This document shows, in pieces, positions 48,428 through 58,864 of a stretch of 64,000 bases of DNA. A model generated the notes under the pieces. The model saw only the letters and a program-made list of their open reading frames with translations, made no database searches and had not been told where the DNA came from. The translations under genes were made by a program, and so were the position numbers. This DNA comes from Capsulimonadales bacterium. GTDB lineage: Bacteria; Armatimonadota; Armatimonadia; Armatimonadales; Armatimonadaceae. The first letter of the stretch is position 1. The number at the start of each line of letters is the position of its first letter. The stretch covers positions 1-64,000 of the forward strand of contig JANRLW010000078.1 in the NCBI GenBank assembly GCA_033762295.1. Direction: 5' to 3'.

Positions 48428-49343
48428 ATGCTGAACGATATTCCCCTGACGTTTTTCGGATTGATCTTTGCCGGATTGGGAGGCGAACTCTTCATTCGCG
48501 GTTCCGTCGGTCTGGCCGCCTGGATGCGCATTCCTCCCGGAATCATCGGCGCGACCGTGGCGGCGTTTGCGACGTCGAGTCCGGAACTCTCCGTGGCCAT
48601 CATGTCCTCGCTGTCGGGGGAACCGCAGGTATCGGTCGGCGATGCCATCGGCAGCAACGTGGTGAATATCGGGGCGATCCTGGGAGCCGCGTTGCTGCTC
48701 AGCCCGACGCCCGCCCCGCGTGAAGGAATCCGACGCGACTTTCCCGTCGCTCTTCTGGCGCCGCTGGCCATCGGCGTCCTCTCCCTGGACGGCTACCTTT
48801 CGCGCGCCGATGGCATAATACTGCTGAGTCTGTTCGTCCTCTGGTTCATCGCCACCGTCCTTGCCGCCCGGAACGCGCGCGCCGCCGCCCTGGAAGGAGA
48901 GGTCGTCGAGCAAACCCTGGGAGTTCGGCCCGGGAGCGCCGTTCTGTTCTCTCGTTTCCGGAGCGGTCGGCATTGCCTCCGCGTTCGGGGCGGACCACTT
49001 CGTGATCGGAGCCACCGTCGTGGCGCTGGGTACCTCCGTTCCCGAACTCGCAACGACCGTCCTCTCCAAACTGCGCGGACATCAGGAGGTCGCTCTGGGA
49101 ACCATTTTCGGCAGTAACATTTTCAACGGCCTTTTTATCGTCGGACTGGCGGCGGTCCTTGCGCCGATGCGCCTTTCGCCGGCATCCGTTCAGGTCGGGT
49201 TGGCTACCGGAGTGATTCTGACTCTCTGCGCCTACCCTCCTCGCAGCGGGGTGCTGGAACGCGGGCGGGGTTTCCTGCTTCTGACGCTCTATGCCATCTA
49301 CCTCGCGGCGCTCCTATGGATGCGGCCCGCGATCGCGTCCTGA
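48428..49343 (+). pseudogene. Ca2+/Na+ antiporter (YrbG-like), frameshifted with probable internal deletion
   Basis: Alpha1 (ATSSPEL...GSNVVN) and alpha2 (GTSVPEL...GSNIFN) motifs lie in different frames; junction near 48945-48955. Confidence 0.85.
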
Positions 49344-49375
49344 TCGCGTCCTGATCGCGAAGTCCTGATCGCGAA
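49331..49375. repeat. Tandem GATCGCG(AAG)TCCT repeat x4 over the stop codon
   Basis: GATCGCGTCCT-GATCGCGTCCT-GATCGCGAAGTCCT-GATCGCGAA. Confidence 0.9.
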
Positions 49376-49415
49376 ATATCGAACCCAACGTTGCGTCACG
49401 CCGGAAAGGCAGATC

Positions 49416-50639
49416 GTGGAACACTTTATCGAACGAACGGAAGTTTTGCTGCTGATTGCGGCGATCGTCTCCATGATCGCCCGCCGGCTCCGACTTCCTT
49501 ATACGATCGGCCTGCTGGCCGCCGGAATCGGAATCGCTCTCACCCCGCTGACCCCCGGCTTTTCCCTCACCAAGGAACTGCTCTTCACCGCTTTCCTGCC
49601 TCCGCTGATCTTCGAGGCCGCCTTTCAGATGCCCTGGAAGGGGGTCCGTCGTGATTTACCGGTCACTCTCACCCTGGCCACGGCAGGAGTCGCGCTGTCG
49701 TCCGGAGTCGTCGCCGTCGGTAGCCGATACCTGCTCCAGTGGCCCTGGGAAGTGGCCATTCTTTTCGGGGTGCTGATCTCGGCCACGGACCCGGTTTCCG
49801 TGATTGCCACCTTCAAAGCCAACCGGGTTCATGGTCGTCTCGGCTTGCTGGTGGAAGCCGAGAGCCTGTTCAACGACGGCACGGCCGCGGTCCTTTTCGG
49901 AGTGGCGCTGGCCGCGATCGGCGGCGGCGCGCCGAACCCCGTCGGGATCGTCGGCCAATTTCTGATCACGGTGTTCGGAGGCGTTCTTTGCGGGCTGGCG
50001 GTCGGTGGATTCACATTGCTCCTGGCCGGCCGCACCGACGATCATCTCGTCGAGATCACCTTTACCACGATCGCCGCCTTCGGTTCGTTTCTCCTCGCCG
50101 AGCAGTTCCATCTCTCCGGGGTGCTCGCCACGCTCACCGCCGGCTTGCTTCTGGGAAATGTCGGTCCCCTGGGCGCCATCACCGATCGCGGACGCGAGGC
50201 GGTCCTGTCGTTCTGGGAGTATGCCGGCTTTGTCGCCAACTCGCTGATCTTTCTCCTGATCGGTATGCCGCTCGCGCATCGGGACTTTTTGACGACCGGG
50301 TCGGCGATCGGCGTCGCCATCCTCCTGGTATTGATCGGGCGGGCGCTGGCGGTGTACGGAGGCTCCGCGCTTTTTCACCGGGCGGGCGAACTTCGGGTCT
50401 CCCCTGCCCATCAGCATATTCTGTTCTGGGGAGGACTGCGCGGAGCGCTTGCCTTCGCCCTGGCTCTGGCCCTGCCGGAGACCGTTCCGCTACGCGATAC
50501 CATCACTACGGTCACCTTCGGCGTCGTCGCGTTTTCCATCGTGGTTCAGGGCCTGACCATGACCCCGTTGCTGAAACGTCTGGGCGCGATCGGAACGCCG
50601 CCCGGGCCTCAGGCCGGGCCTCAGGGGGAAACGGATTGA
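49416..50639 (+). CDS. CPA1 Na+/H+ antiporter
   Basis: FLPPLIFEAA, SATDPVSV, ESLFNDG, WGGLRGAL. Confidence 0.93.
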   Translation: MEHFIERTEVLLLIAAIVSMIARRLRLPYTIGLLAAGIGIALTPLTPGFSLTKELLFTAFLPPLIFEAAFQMPWKGVRRDLPVTLTLATAGVALSSGVVAVGSRYLLQWPWEVAILFGVLISATDPVSVIATFKANRVHGRLGLLVEAESLFNDGTAAVLFGVALAAIGGGAPNPVGIVGQFLITVFGGVLCGLAVGGFTLLLAGRTDDHLVEITFTTIAAFGSFLLAEQFHLSGVLATLTAGLLLGNVGPLGAITDRGREAVLSFWEYAGFVANSLIFLLIGMPLAHRDFLTTGSAIGVAILLVLIGRALAVYGGSALFHRAGELRVSPAHQHILFWGGLRGALAFALALALPETVPLRDTITTVTFGVVAFSIVVQGLTMTPLLKRLGAIGTPPGPQAGPQGETD

Positions 50640-52219
50640 GGAGTCTCCGTCCCCCCGGACAGAACCGTCCGCTCCAGAAAGGCGGCGGCCTCACGCACCG
50701 AACCGCCGTCCACATCGACGATGCGATTGGCCGTCCGCATCGTCGAATCGGAAAATCGGCCGACAAGCGGTCGTAACGCCTCCGTCAATCCCGCCTTCTC
50801 GGCGCCCTTCGCTGAAAGAAACAACACGGCGTCGTACGGCGGGAACGCCTGACGTTCATCCGCCAGCACCACCAGGTCGTAAGCGGCGATTCGACCGTCC
50901 GTCGAGAACGCCGAAATGACATCCACCTGCCCCCGCCGTACGGCGTCGTACATCAGAGCGGCATCCATTCGGACCCGGTTTCGGAAGCGGAACGCGTAAC
51001 GGTTGCGAAGACGGGTCCATTCCGGTCGGCCGAAAAACTCGTAGTCTCCGCCAATTACCCACCCCGGCGCGAACCGGCGTAGATCCTCCAGGGTACGGAT
51101 CCCCAGTTTTTCGGCGCGGGCGCGCGGTAAGGCCAGCGCGTAGGTATTCTCAAAGCCCAGCTTGCCAATGGTTACGATCCCATGCCGCTCACGCAAAAAA
51201 TCGCTCATCTGCCGGAACATTTCCGCACGCCCCGGAGAATCGGACCGCTTCATCGTATTGGCGAAGATCGTGCCGGTGTAATCCACATACACATCGACAC
51301 TGCCATTGGCAAGCGCATCAAAAAGAAGCGAAGACCCCATGCCGGCCGTCTTTTGAGGGGAAAACCCTTCCCGGGCCAGATAGCGGGTCAGGAACTCGGT
51401 CAACAGGTACTGCTCGGTAAAGGCCTTACCGCCAACCACCACCGTCGGTCCCGTATCCCCCGCGTCCGACTTGCGGATCGCCTCCCGCAACCGGGGCAGC
51501 AGCGCGCCGCTGGCCACAACCGCCACTCCCAGGGCCGCCATCAGAGTACGACGGCGCGATCGCCCCAGGACACCGATCTCCATCTGGCGGATCAGGAAAT
51601 CCAGAAGCAGGGCGAGCAGCGCCGCCGTCACGCAGCCAACCAGAACGGCGTACGGATTCTGTGTCTGCAGGCCCGTAAAAATATAATTCCCAAGGCTGAC
51701 CGCCCCGACCGGCGTCGACAGCGTCGCCGTCCCGACGACCCAGACCGTCGCTGTTCGAATCCCGCTGATGATGACCGGAAGGGCCAGCGGCAACCGGACC
51801 CGGAGCAGGATTTGGACCGGCGTCATCCCCACCCCTTCCGCAGCTTCCAGCAACGCCGGGTCGGTACTTTCCAGACCGGTCACCGTGTTTCTCAGGATCG
51901 GCAGAAGGCTGTAAAGGCTCAATGCGATCAGGGCGGGAACGAAACCGATCTGCCCGAGCAGGGGAACCATCAGAGCCAGCAGGGCAAGGCTGGGAATGGT
52001 CTGAATGATACTGGCTCCCCCGAGAAGAGCCCCTTTCAACCCGCCGTTTCGTAACGCCAGCAGAGTTAGCGGAACGGTGGCCGCCAATCCGAACAGAAGG
52101 GCGGTGAGAGTCAGCAGGATATGACCGCCGAGGAAGTCAGGCAGTCGCTCGAACTGTTCCCCGAGCCGTCTCAGAACGACGGGGTCAAGCCGTATTCCCA
52201 ACAGGGACAGTCCGTTCAT
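50621..52219 (-). CDS. Fused ABC permease + substrate-binding protein, glycine betaine/choline (OpuC-like) class
   Basis: QTIPSLALL, EAAEGVGMT, KAFTEQY, YVDYTGT, FENTYAL, FPPYDA. Confidence 0.9.
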   Translation of the reverse strand: MNGLSLLGIRLDPVVLRRLGEQFERLPDFLGGHILLTLTALLFGLAATVPLTLLALRNGGLKGALLGGASIIQTIPSLALLALMVPLLGQIGFVPALIALSLYSLLPILRNTVTGLESTDPALLEAAEGVGMTPVQILLRVRLPLALPVIISGIRTATVWVVGTATLSTPVGAVSLGNYIFTGLQTQNPYAVLVGCVTAALLALLLDFLIRQMEIGVLGRSRRRTLMAALGVAVVASGALLPRLREAIRKSDAGDTGPTVVVGGKAFTEQYLLTEFLTRYLAREGFSPQKTAGMGSSLLFDALANGSVDVYVDYTGTIFANTMKRSDSPGRAEMFRQMSDFLRERHGIVTIGKLGFENTYALALPRARAEKLGIRTLEDLRRFAPGWVIGGDYEFFGRPEWTRLRNRYAFRFRNRVRMDAALMYDAVRRGQVDVISAFSTDGRIAAYDLVVLADERQAFPPYDAVLFLSAKGAEKAGLTEALRPLVGRFSDSTMRTANRIVDVDGGSVREAAAFLERTVLSGGTETPQSVSP

Positions 52220-53024
52220 TCGCTGTCTCGCCTTTCTCTCCGGCTCCCGGATGGGAAACCGACTCGCGTCCGGTGAGGCGCCGAAGCGCTTCCAGATGTC
52301 GGCGCGGCGTTTCCAGCAATGCGGCGACATAGTCATGTCCGGGGGAGCGCAGCATTTCGCCGGGCGTGCCCATCCGGAGTATGCGCCCCTCGTGCATGAC
52401 CGCCACCTGGTCGGCGAGGAGGAGCGCTTCGGTCATGTCATGCGTCACAAGCACTACCGTCAGATCCATCGTCCGTCGAAGATTGAGGAACTCCTGCTGC
52501 AGTTCGTCCCGCGTGATCGGGTCCAGTGCGCCGAACGGTTCGTCCATCAGGAGCACCTGCGGCGAAGCGGCCAGAGCCCGGGCAAAACCGACCCGCTGTC
52601 TCTGCCCGCCGGAAAGTTCGCTGGGAAAGCGGTGAAGGTAATCCTCGGGCGGAAGGCGAACGAGACGGAGCAGTTCCTCGTTACGGGCGTCTATACGAGC
52701 GGACGACCATCCGAGAAGACGAGGAATAACCGCGACATTCTCGCCGACGGTCATATGGGGAAACAGCCCGATTCCCTGAAAAACGTAGCCGATCGTGCGA
52801 CGCAGGGCAACCGGGTCTCTCCGTAAAACATTCGTTCCGTTGACGTCGATCGAGCCCGAGGTGGGCTCGATCAACCGATTGATCATTTTCAGTGTGGTGC
52901 TTTTTCCGGAGCCCGAACCACCGACCAGAGCGACGGTTTGACCGTGGGCGATCTCCAGGTTCAGATCAAGGACGGCAAACCGCTGCGGCGAATAGGCTTT
53001 GGAAACGTCGTGAAAGCGGATCAT
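52185..53024 (-). CDS. Osmoprotectant ABC ATPase (OpuCA-like, no CBS domains)
   Basis: GGSGSGKS, LKMINRLIEP, LSGGQRQR, LMDEPFGALDP. Confidence 0.93.
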   Translation of the reverse strand: MIRFHDVSKAYSPQRFAVLDLNLEIAHGQTVALVGGSGSGKSTTLKMINRLIEPTSGSIDVNGTNVLRRDPVALRRTIGYVFQGIGLFPHMTVGENVAVIPRLLGWSSARIDARNEELLRLVRLPPEDYLHRFPSELSGGQRQRVGFARALAASPQVLLMDEPFGALDPITRDELQQEFLNLRRTMDLTVVLVTHDMTEALLLADQVAVMHEGRILRMGTPGEMLRSPGHDYVAALLETPRRHLEALRRLTGRESVSHPGAGEKGETANERTVPVGNTA

Positions 53025-54040
53025 GACGTACAGTCACCGGAAGGACGAATGAAAAAAAGGTCCTGCATTCGCGGAGCCTTCCGTAACGCGGATTCTTCCG
53101 CCTCCCGGTGCGAGGACGGCGCAAAGGAGAGGATCGGGCGACCGCCCCCGACCTCGCTTGCCTCTTCCACCAGTTCCTCCGGGACATCCGCGCATTTTCG
53201 GGCGACCAACGCGACATAGTGCAGGGGTTTCCCGTCGACGGAACGACGATGGATGTAGCGCCGCATCGCTTCAATTTGAACCAGTCCATCTTCCCAGAGA
53301 CAGCGCAACAACCGGAAGAAGCCCGTATCATCCCCACCGCAGAAGAACGTCTCCTTTATATTCAGGGCCACCCATCCGGGAACGGAAATACTGTTGAACG
53401 CCCGGGCAAATGCGCGCGGAGGAATATCGCCGAAGCCAAGCGCCGCAACGGTCACCAGGCAGTTCAGTCGCGCGGCCCGCAGGGCCTCGCAAGCGAATGC
53501 CGGCGGATCGGTCAGATCGGCAACGACATAGTCATCATACAATCCGGGGCGATCCCGCCGGGCCGCGACGGCGGCTTCCGTCAGAATATCGGCACCCACC
53601 AGGTAACCGACCGGCAGACGACGCAGTTCCTCGCCGACCATCCCGTTCCCGGCACCAAGGTCGAGTACGCGCAACCCCATCGGAGGGAACTCCGCCCGGT
53701 TCAGTACCTCTCCAAGTAACGAAACCACTTCTTCCGGGGAACAACAGCGCAGAGCGTCACGAAAGAGCCGTTCATACAGACCCGGAATACGATAGATCGC
53801 CTCGTAATCATGGAGACGGAGACGTCTCCATTCCCCGTTGCGATACACTTCGCACCACTCCGTATCCTGCGCATTCCCGAAATCCCGGTCCGGAAATCGC
53901 AGGGGAAGCGGCTTCCCCGTCGGTCCTGCGGGCATGTCCGCCCTGCTGACGGAAGTCGTTCCCAAAGTCACCGCCGCGTCGGCGGCCCCGTCCTTCAGTA
54001 CAGGGGTGGTTCCATTCTCCGTTAACCGCAATTCTGACAT
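53021..54040 (-). CDS. Class I SAM-dependent methyltransferase
   Basis: RVLDLGAGNGMVG; ATG at 54040 after AAGGAG; stop overlaps the ATPase start. Confidence 0.85.
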   Translation of the reverse strand: MSELRLTENGTTPVLKDGAADAAVTLGTTSVSRADMPAGPTGKPLPLRFPDRDFGNAQDTEWCEVYRNGEWRRLRLHDYEAIYRIPGLYERLFRDALRCCSPEEVVSLLGEVLNRAEFPPMGLRVLDLGAGNGMVGEELRRLPVGYLVGADILTEAAVAARRDRPGLYDDYVVADLTDPPAFACEALRAARLNCLVTVAALGFGDIPPRAFARAFNSISVPGWVALNIKETFFCGGDDTGFFRLLRCLWEDGLVQIEAMRRYIHRRSVDGKPLHYVALVARKCADVPEELVEEASEVGGGRPILSFAPSSHREAEESALRKAPRMQDLFFIRPSGDCTS

Positions 54041-54286
54041 TTCGCTCTCCTTATTTTGCGTTTTCGTCAGGCGACCGGTATCCGAACGCATACCGAACGC
54101 CCGCTAAGCCAAACTATCGGAGGCGCCATCCACGCGAGGCACCCGTACGGAGGGTAAACGACGGACGGGCTACGTCTGAGCGCCGAACGAGTTCTCCCTC
54201 TTTCCTTCATTTTCTGTCAGGTCGCTTTTTTCTTTCCTTCCAGGTTCGTATTACTTCAGGCAGGATTACTATGTTCCTTCGGATTT

Positions 54287-54595
54287 TTATGAAAGCACCG
54301 ATGAGGGCAAACCATGGCTCCGGCGGAATTGTTCCAGTAAGCAGAGAGCGTGCAACACCCGGGAATCTCGCAGGTAGTAATGATCCAGCGGTCCACGTCG
54401 GACGCCGACCAGTATGCCGACCTCCGCTAATGCCGCCACATGCGATGCCGCTTGCGTCGGAACCACTCCCAGAGCAAGCGCGATCTCTCCGATATGCATT
54501 TCTTGCTCACGCAGGAGGGTGACGATAACCGGTCGTAACGGATGAGCCAGCGCTTCCAGTAAGCGAGCGATCTCTTCGCAACTCTGAGCAGGCAT
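54287..54595 (-). CDS. ArsR/SmtB family regulator
   Basis: LEALAHPLRPVIV, EIALAL, ASHVAAL, YYL. Confidence 0.8.
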   Translation of the reverse strand: MPAQSCEEIARLLEALAHPLRPVIVTLLREQEMHIGEIALALGVVPTQAASHVAALAEVGILVGVRRGPLDHYYLRDSRVLHALCLLEQFRRSHGLPSSVLS

Positions 54596-54946
54596 TCATC
54601 TTTCCTTTCGGATAGCCGGTGGGTCAGCCGTGACCGCTGTCCCGTCCGAAAAATCATATCGGGCCGGACCGTTGATTGCAACAATATTTCTTTATATTAT
54701 TATATAAAGCATTCCTGCTTTCGGATCGTTCTTTTTGCGTCGCCGTTTTTTTACCGTCCCCGGTGGCGATTTACGCTCCGATTCAGGCCATGACCCGAGC
54801 GGTCAGGCTTGTCACCCGGCCCGCTTTCCCTTATACTGGAACGCGGTTCAGGGCGGTTCAGGGAGTGGTCTTTTCGCGTCGGACGCCGCCGTCCGTCCTT
54901 TGTTACCGTCACGTCATCGAAGGACAAACTGAGGACAATCTGCCGG

Positions 54947-56107
54947 ATGAATCGTGTCATTCTTACCGACGCGCGGGTCGTGCTGCCGGATCGAGCGGAA
55001 GAGGCATCGGTCCTTGTTGAGGACGGGCGCATCGCCGATATCGTCCCCGGACGTCGCTTTCCGGAGGGCGTTTCGCTCGCCGGTCAGTATCTGGTCCCCG
55101 GACTCATTGACCTCCATACCGACTACCTCGAACGCGAGGCGCGTCCCCGGTCCAGCGCCGATTTTCCGCTCGCGATGGCGTTCCATTTTATGGATACGCG
55201 GGCCATCGGCGCGGGGATCACCACGGTCCTCGGGGCGGCCCGGATTACCGAACGCAAGGAGACCTCCGAGCGGATCATCGGCTGGGATGGCGACGGTCTG
55301 GCACTGGCACATGCCTATCAGGAACTCCGCCGGAAGGCTCTCGCCCGTCACTTCGTTCACCTGCGCTGGGACCCCAACTTCCTGCCGGTCGACACCATCC
55401 TGAGCCGACTTCGGGAACTCGACAGCCTCGGCAACCTGGTCTTCAACGACTCCACGCCCGGCGAACGGCAGTTTCGTAACCTGGACGAACTGATACGGAA
55501 CTATGCGTTCCAGCGTAAGGTCAGCCCCGAGGAGGCGCGCGCCCACTTCGATGCCCGAATCGAGCGGGGCCGGACGATCAACAACCGGGGCGCGGTGCAG
55601 GCCGCCCTCGGCGATCGTCTTCCGCTTGGCAGCCACGATGACGCGACGATCGAGCACGTGGACGAGGCGTACCGGTTCGGGGCGACCCTGGCCGAGATGC
55701 CGGTGACGATCGAGGCGGCCCGCCGCGCGAAGGAACTCGGGATGGATGTCTGCATGGGCGCGCCGAACTACTATCGCGGCGGTTCCCACTGCGGAAATCT
55801 GGCGGCGCCCGACGCGGTCGCCGAGGGCCTGGTCGATATCTTCTGTTCGGACTTCCATTTCCCGGCCATGCTCGGCGCGGCGATGCGGATGCTGAAAGCC
55901 GGGATGGCCGCCCCGGATGTATTCCGGTATTTCACACGGAACCCGGCGCGACATCTGCGCCTCGACCACGAACTGGGCAGTATCGAGATCGGCAAGAAGG
56001 CGGACCTCACCGCTTTCGTGCCGCACGACGACTTCGGCCTCGTCACCCATGTCTGGATCGACGGCGAACTCCGCTACCGCATCGCCCACCCGTCGTCCGC
56101 TCCCTGA
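54947..56107 (+). CDS. phnM: Alpha-D-ribose 1-methylphosphonate 5-triphosphate diphosphatase
   Basis: PGLIDLHTDYLE, NDSTPGERQF, SHDD, AEMPVT, MGAPN..RGGSH.GN, SDF. Confidence 0.85.
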   Translation: MNRVILTDARVVLPDRAEEASVLVEDGRIADIVPGRRFPEGVSLAGQYLVPGLIDLHTDYLEREARPRSSADFPLAMAFHFMDTRAIGAGITTVLGAARITERKETSERIIGWDGDGLALAHAYQELRRKALARHFVHLRWDPNFLPVDTILSRLRELDSLGNLVFNDSTPGERQFRNLDELIRNYAFQRKVSPEEARAHFDARIERGRTINNRGAVQAALGDRLPLGSHDDATIEHVDEAYRFGATLAEMPVTIEAARRAKELGMDVCMGAPNYYRGGSHCGNLAAPDAVAEGLVDIFCSDFHFPAMLGAAMRMLKAGMAAPDVFRYFTRNPARHLRLDHELGSIEIGKKADLTAFVPHDDFGLVTHVWIDGELRYRIAHPSSAP

Positions 56108-56139
56108 TCGGCCCCGGATACGCGAAGGCGGATTTGCGC

Positions 56140-57246
56140 CTATTCGTCGTTTCGAATATCCCGACGACGAGGACTTTCCTTACTACGCATCACTATAAAA
56201 TTCCCGGGGGCCAGCTCCCATTCCCATCCGCCGAATTCCAAAGAGATGCGATCCAGAACCAACCACAATGGCACATTTCGACAATGGAATCGACGTAAAA
56301 TGTTGTGGGTATCCTGGTTTGTAATGAAGTTCACCCGGTGCTTCAATGCCAGAAATCGAAGTAACCCGTGCAGATCCCATTCCCCCTCGCCGATAGTGAC
56401 GGAACGATTCAACACGTTGGCGGTTCGGATCATCCGATCACGTGAAAAACGCCGGGTCGGTTCCGGTTCGATTGTGAGAATCACCGGCCTGCCCATCCCG
56501 ATCGTCCCTTTTTTCGGATCGTAATTATTCCAGCGAAAAGTAAACCCGCTCGTATTATTGCCATTTGAAATGGAAACGGAAAGTTCCCGAATGTCTTTTC
56601 CCTTTTCCGTTTCATCTTCGATAGTTAACGCCCCGTTCGCAAAGTCAGCCGTGTCGGTTTGGCTGTTCGGATCACCCCCTGAATCATTCAAATTGTTCAG
56701 CTGGGGATCCCGGATCAAAGCGCCGACAGCGCCCAGTATCGCCGTTTTCATCGGGCCGGGTAATTCCGCAATTTTGAGTTCCTTACCGGCCAACACTTCC
56801 TTCTTCTTGTCGTCGGGCCAGGCATCGAACGCCGCCATAAAGGAATTCATGAACGCGAATCGTTCCTGCTGATAGCTCCCCTGAGGGGCATACAGACGAT
56901 TCAAGGAATCCGACGCGAAAGTCAGATCGTAATGCGGTTTTCCCTGACGATATCGCACCCAGCGCATACGGTAAAGGGTAGCGTACGCCTCCATCAAATC
57001 TCCGGCACGGACATTGCCAAACAAAAAGAAATCCTTATTCCGGTTCATCTCCTCCTCGGTCGTACCGAGAGAGATCATGGCGTTCTGTCGTACCCATCGC
57101 GCCATATCGCGGAAACCGGCCGCGCCCCGTTCCGCAGCCGGGACGACTTTCATTAATCGCGTATCCTGCTGGCTTAGCGTCTTATAGCCCGGTGCGGGTT
57201 TCTCCTGGGCGACAAAGATGATGGGATTCGTAATGGGAATTAGCAT
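56140..57246 (-). CDS. Hypothetical protein, lower GC, with possible STN-like C-terminal domain
   Basis: Long ORF; C-terminal LHGLLRFLA...VPLWLVLDRIS pattern; start uncertain. Confidence 0.65.
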   Translation of the reverse strand: MLIPITNPIIFVAQEKPAPGYKTLSQQDTRLMKVVPAAERGAAGFRDMARWVRQNAMISLGTTEEEMNRNKDFFLFGNVRAGDLMEAYATLYRMRWVRYRQGKPHYDLTFASDSLNRLYAPQGSYQQERFAFMNSFMAAFDAWPDDKKKEVLAGKELKIAELPGPMKTAILGAVGALIRDPQLNNLNDSGGDPNSQTDTADFANGALTIEDETEKGKDIRELSVSISNGNNTSGFTFRWNNYDPKKGTIGMGRPVILTIEPEPTRRFSRDRMIRTANVLNRSVTIGEGEWDLHGLLRFLALKHRVNFITNQDTHNILRRFHCRNVPLWLVLDRISLEFGGWEWELAPGNFIVMRSKESPRRRDIRNDE

Positions 57247-57546
57247 GAGATTTTCCTGTCGTGCGATCCGGTTTGCGAAGCAAAAGGTGCGTTGCCGGGA
57301 AAGCAGGCAAAATCCTTCCCGGCAACGTTTCTCGACCACTTCCGTTCGTTTGACCGGTCGATTACGCACCGACATGTCATTTGAAAGATTTTATGCTTTT
57401 CAATGCCTGAAAGCAATAGTAAATAATTATTAATCGTTCTTTGTCAACACTCCGGTTGCATTCGCGCCGTCCGTTCCTCTCATTTCTTAACGATGGTAAA
57501 ATACCCTGCCGACTCCGGGCTGACGGAGTCCGGCAGGAGACTTTTC

Positions 57547-58818
57547 ATGCGCCTGACAATGTCGTTTCGTTCGTTCGCCCCGCTCGTGGCGACTCTCTGT
57601 CTTTCCGATCCCGTTCTCGCTCAGACACCGCCCACACCGCCCACACCGCCCACTGCAACCCTCCTCCATGCCGCGTTACACGCGAAGAAAAAGGACCGAA
57701 ACCTCGAAGCGTCGGTTCGCGCCCTCTTCCCTGCCGATCAACTGGCCGCCGGCGCGAAACCGAAGGCGGACAACACCTCCGAGGGCATCACCCTCGCCTG
57801 GGCGATCGAAGCGCCCGGCCTCAAAGGGAAGGACGCCCCGCAGGTAAGCATGGACGATCCGACCTTTCCCCCGCTCACGCTGACCCGGATCGGAAAGTCC
57901 GACCTGTTCGCCGGAACCGTCTTCCTGCCGAAGGGAGCCGCCGGGAACTGGCGGTATGTCGTCGGCACGGAGACGAAGGCGACCGGACGCTATGAGGACT
58001 ATCCGATCAACCCGGAGGAGAAACCGCAGCCGGGCGTCCCGAAAGGGACACTGACACAGATGCCGCCCTGGAAAAGTACGGTCTTCGCAGGAACGACCCG
58101 TGACTGGTGGGTCTACGTTCCGGCCGGTATACCGTCCGATCGTCTCCCGGCGGTGATGGTCTGTCAGGATGGCGAGGGGCCGAAGAACTGGCTGCCGACC
58201 GTCCTCGACAACCTGATCGCGAAGGGCGATATCCCGCCGACCGTCGGTATCTTCCTGAATCCGGGCAAGTTCGAGGGAGGACGGTCCAATCGCTCCGTGG
58301 AGTACGACACGCTCTCCGATACGTTCGCCCGGTTCCTGATCGAGGAGATCCTCCCGGAGGTCGAAAAGACGCAGAAGCTGAGCCCGAACCCGGACGACCG
58401 GATCATCTACGGCGTCAGTAGCGGCGGAATCTGCGCCTTCACGGTCGCCTGGGAACGTCCGGACGCCTTCCGCAAGGTCATTTCCGCCGTCGGCAGTTTC
58501 ACCAACCTGCAGGGCGGCCCGACCGGCGTGGCGGGCGGCAACACCTACCCGGCGATCCTTCGCCGCCGCCGGGGCTGGAATCGGGACGGGCAACCCAAGC
58601 CGATCAAGGTGTATTTAAGCGACGGCGCCAACGATCTGGATAACGCCGCCGGAAGCTGGCCGCTGGCGAACCTGGAGATGGATCGCGCTCTGACCTATGG
58701 CGGGTACGAGCATCGGTTCGTCTATGGCAACGGCTTTCACAGCGACCGCTTCGGGCGTTACCTGATGCCGGAGGCGTTGCGCTACCTGTGGGGACGGCCG
58801 GACGTGTCGAAACCGTAA
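57547..58818 (+). CDS. Secreted Fes-like alpha/beta esterase
   Basis: Signal peptide; WVYVP, QDG, NRSVEYD, GVSSGG nucleophile, GFHS. Confidence 0.88.
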   Translation: MRLTMSFRSFAPLVATLCLSDPVLAQTPPTPPTPPTATLLHAALHAKKKDRNLEASVRALFPADQLAAGAKPKADNTSEGITLAWAIEAPGLKGKDAPQVSMDDPTFPPLTLTRIGKSDLFAGTVFLPKGAAGNWRYVVGTETKATGRYEDYPINPEEKPQPGVPKGTLTQMPPWKSTVFAGTTRDWWVYVPAGIPSDRLPAVMVCQDGEGPKNWLPTVLDNLIAKGDIPPTVGIFLNPGKFEGGRSNRSVEYDTLSDTFARFLIEEILPEVEKTQKLSPNPDDRIIYGVSSGGICAFTVAWERPDAFRKVISAVGSFTNLQGGPTGVAGGNTYPAILRRRRGWNRDGQPKPIKVYLSDGANDLDNAAGSWPLANLEMDRALTYGGYEHRFVYGNGFHSDRFGRYLMPEALRYLWGRPDVSKP

Positions 58819-58864
58819 CGCGGGCGACCCGGCCCACCGGTTTGCCGATTCGCCGACCCGGCCA

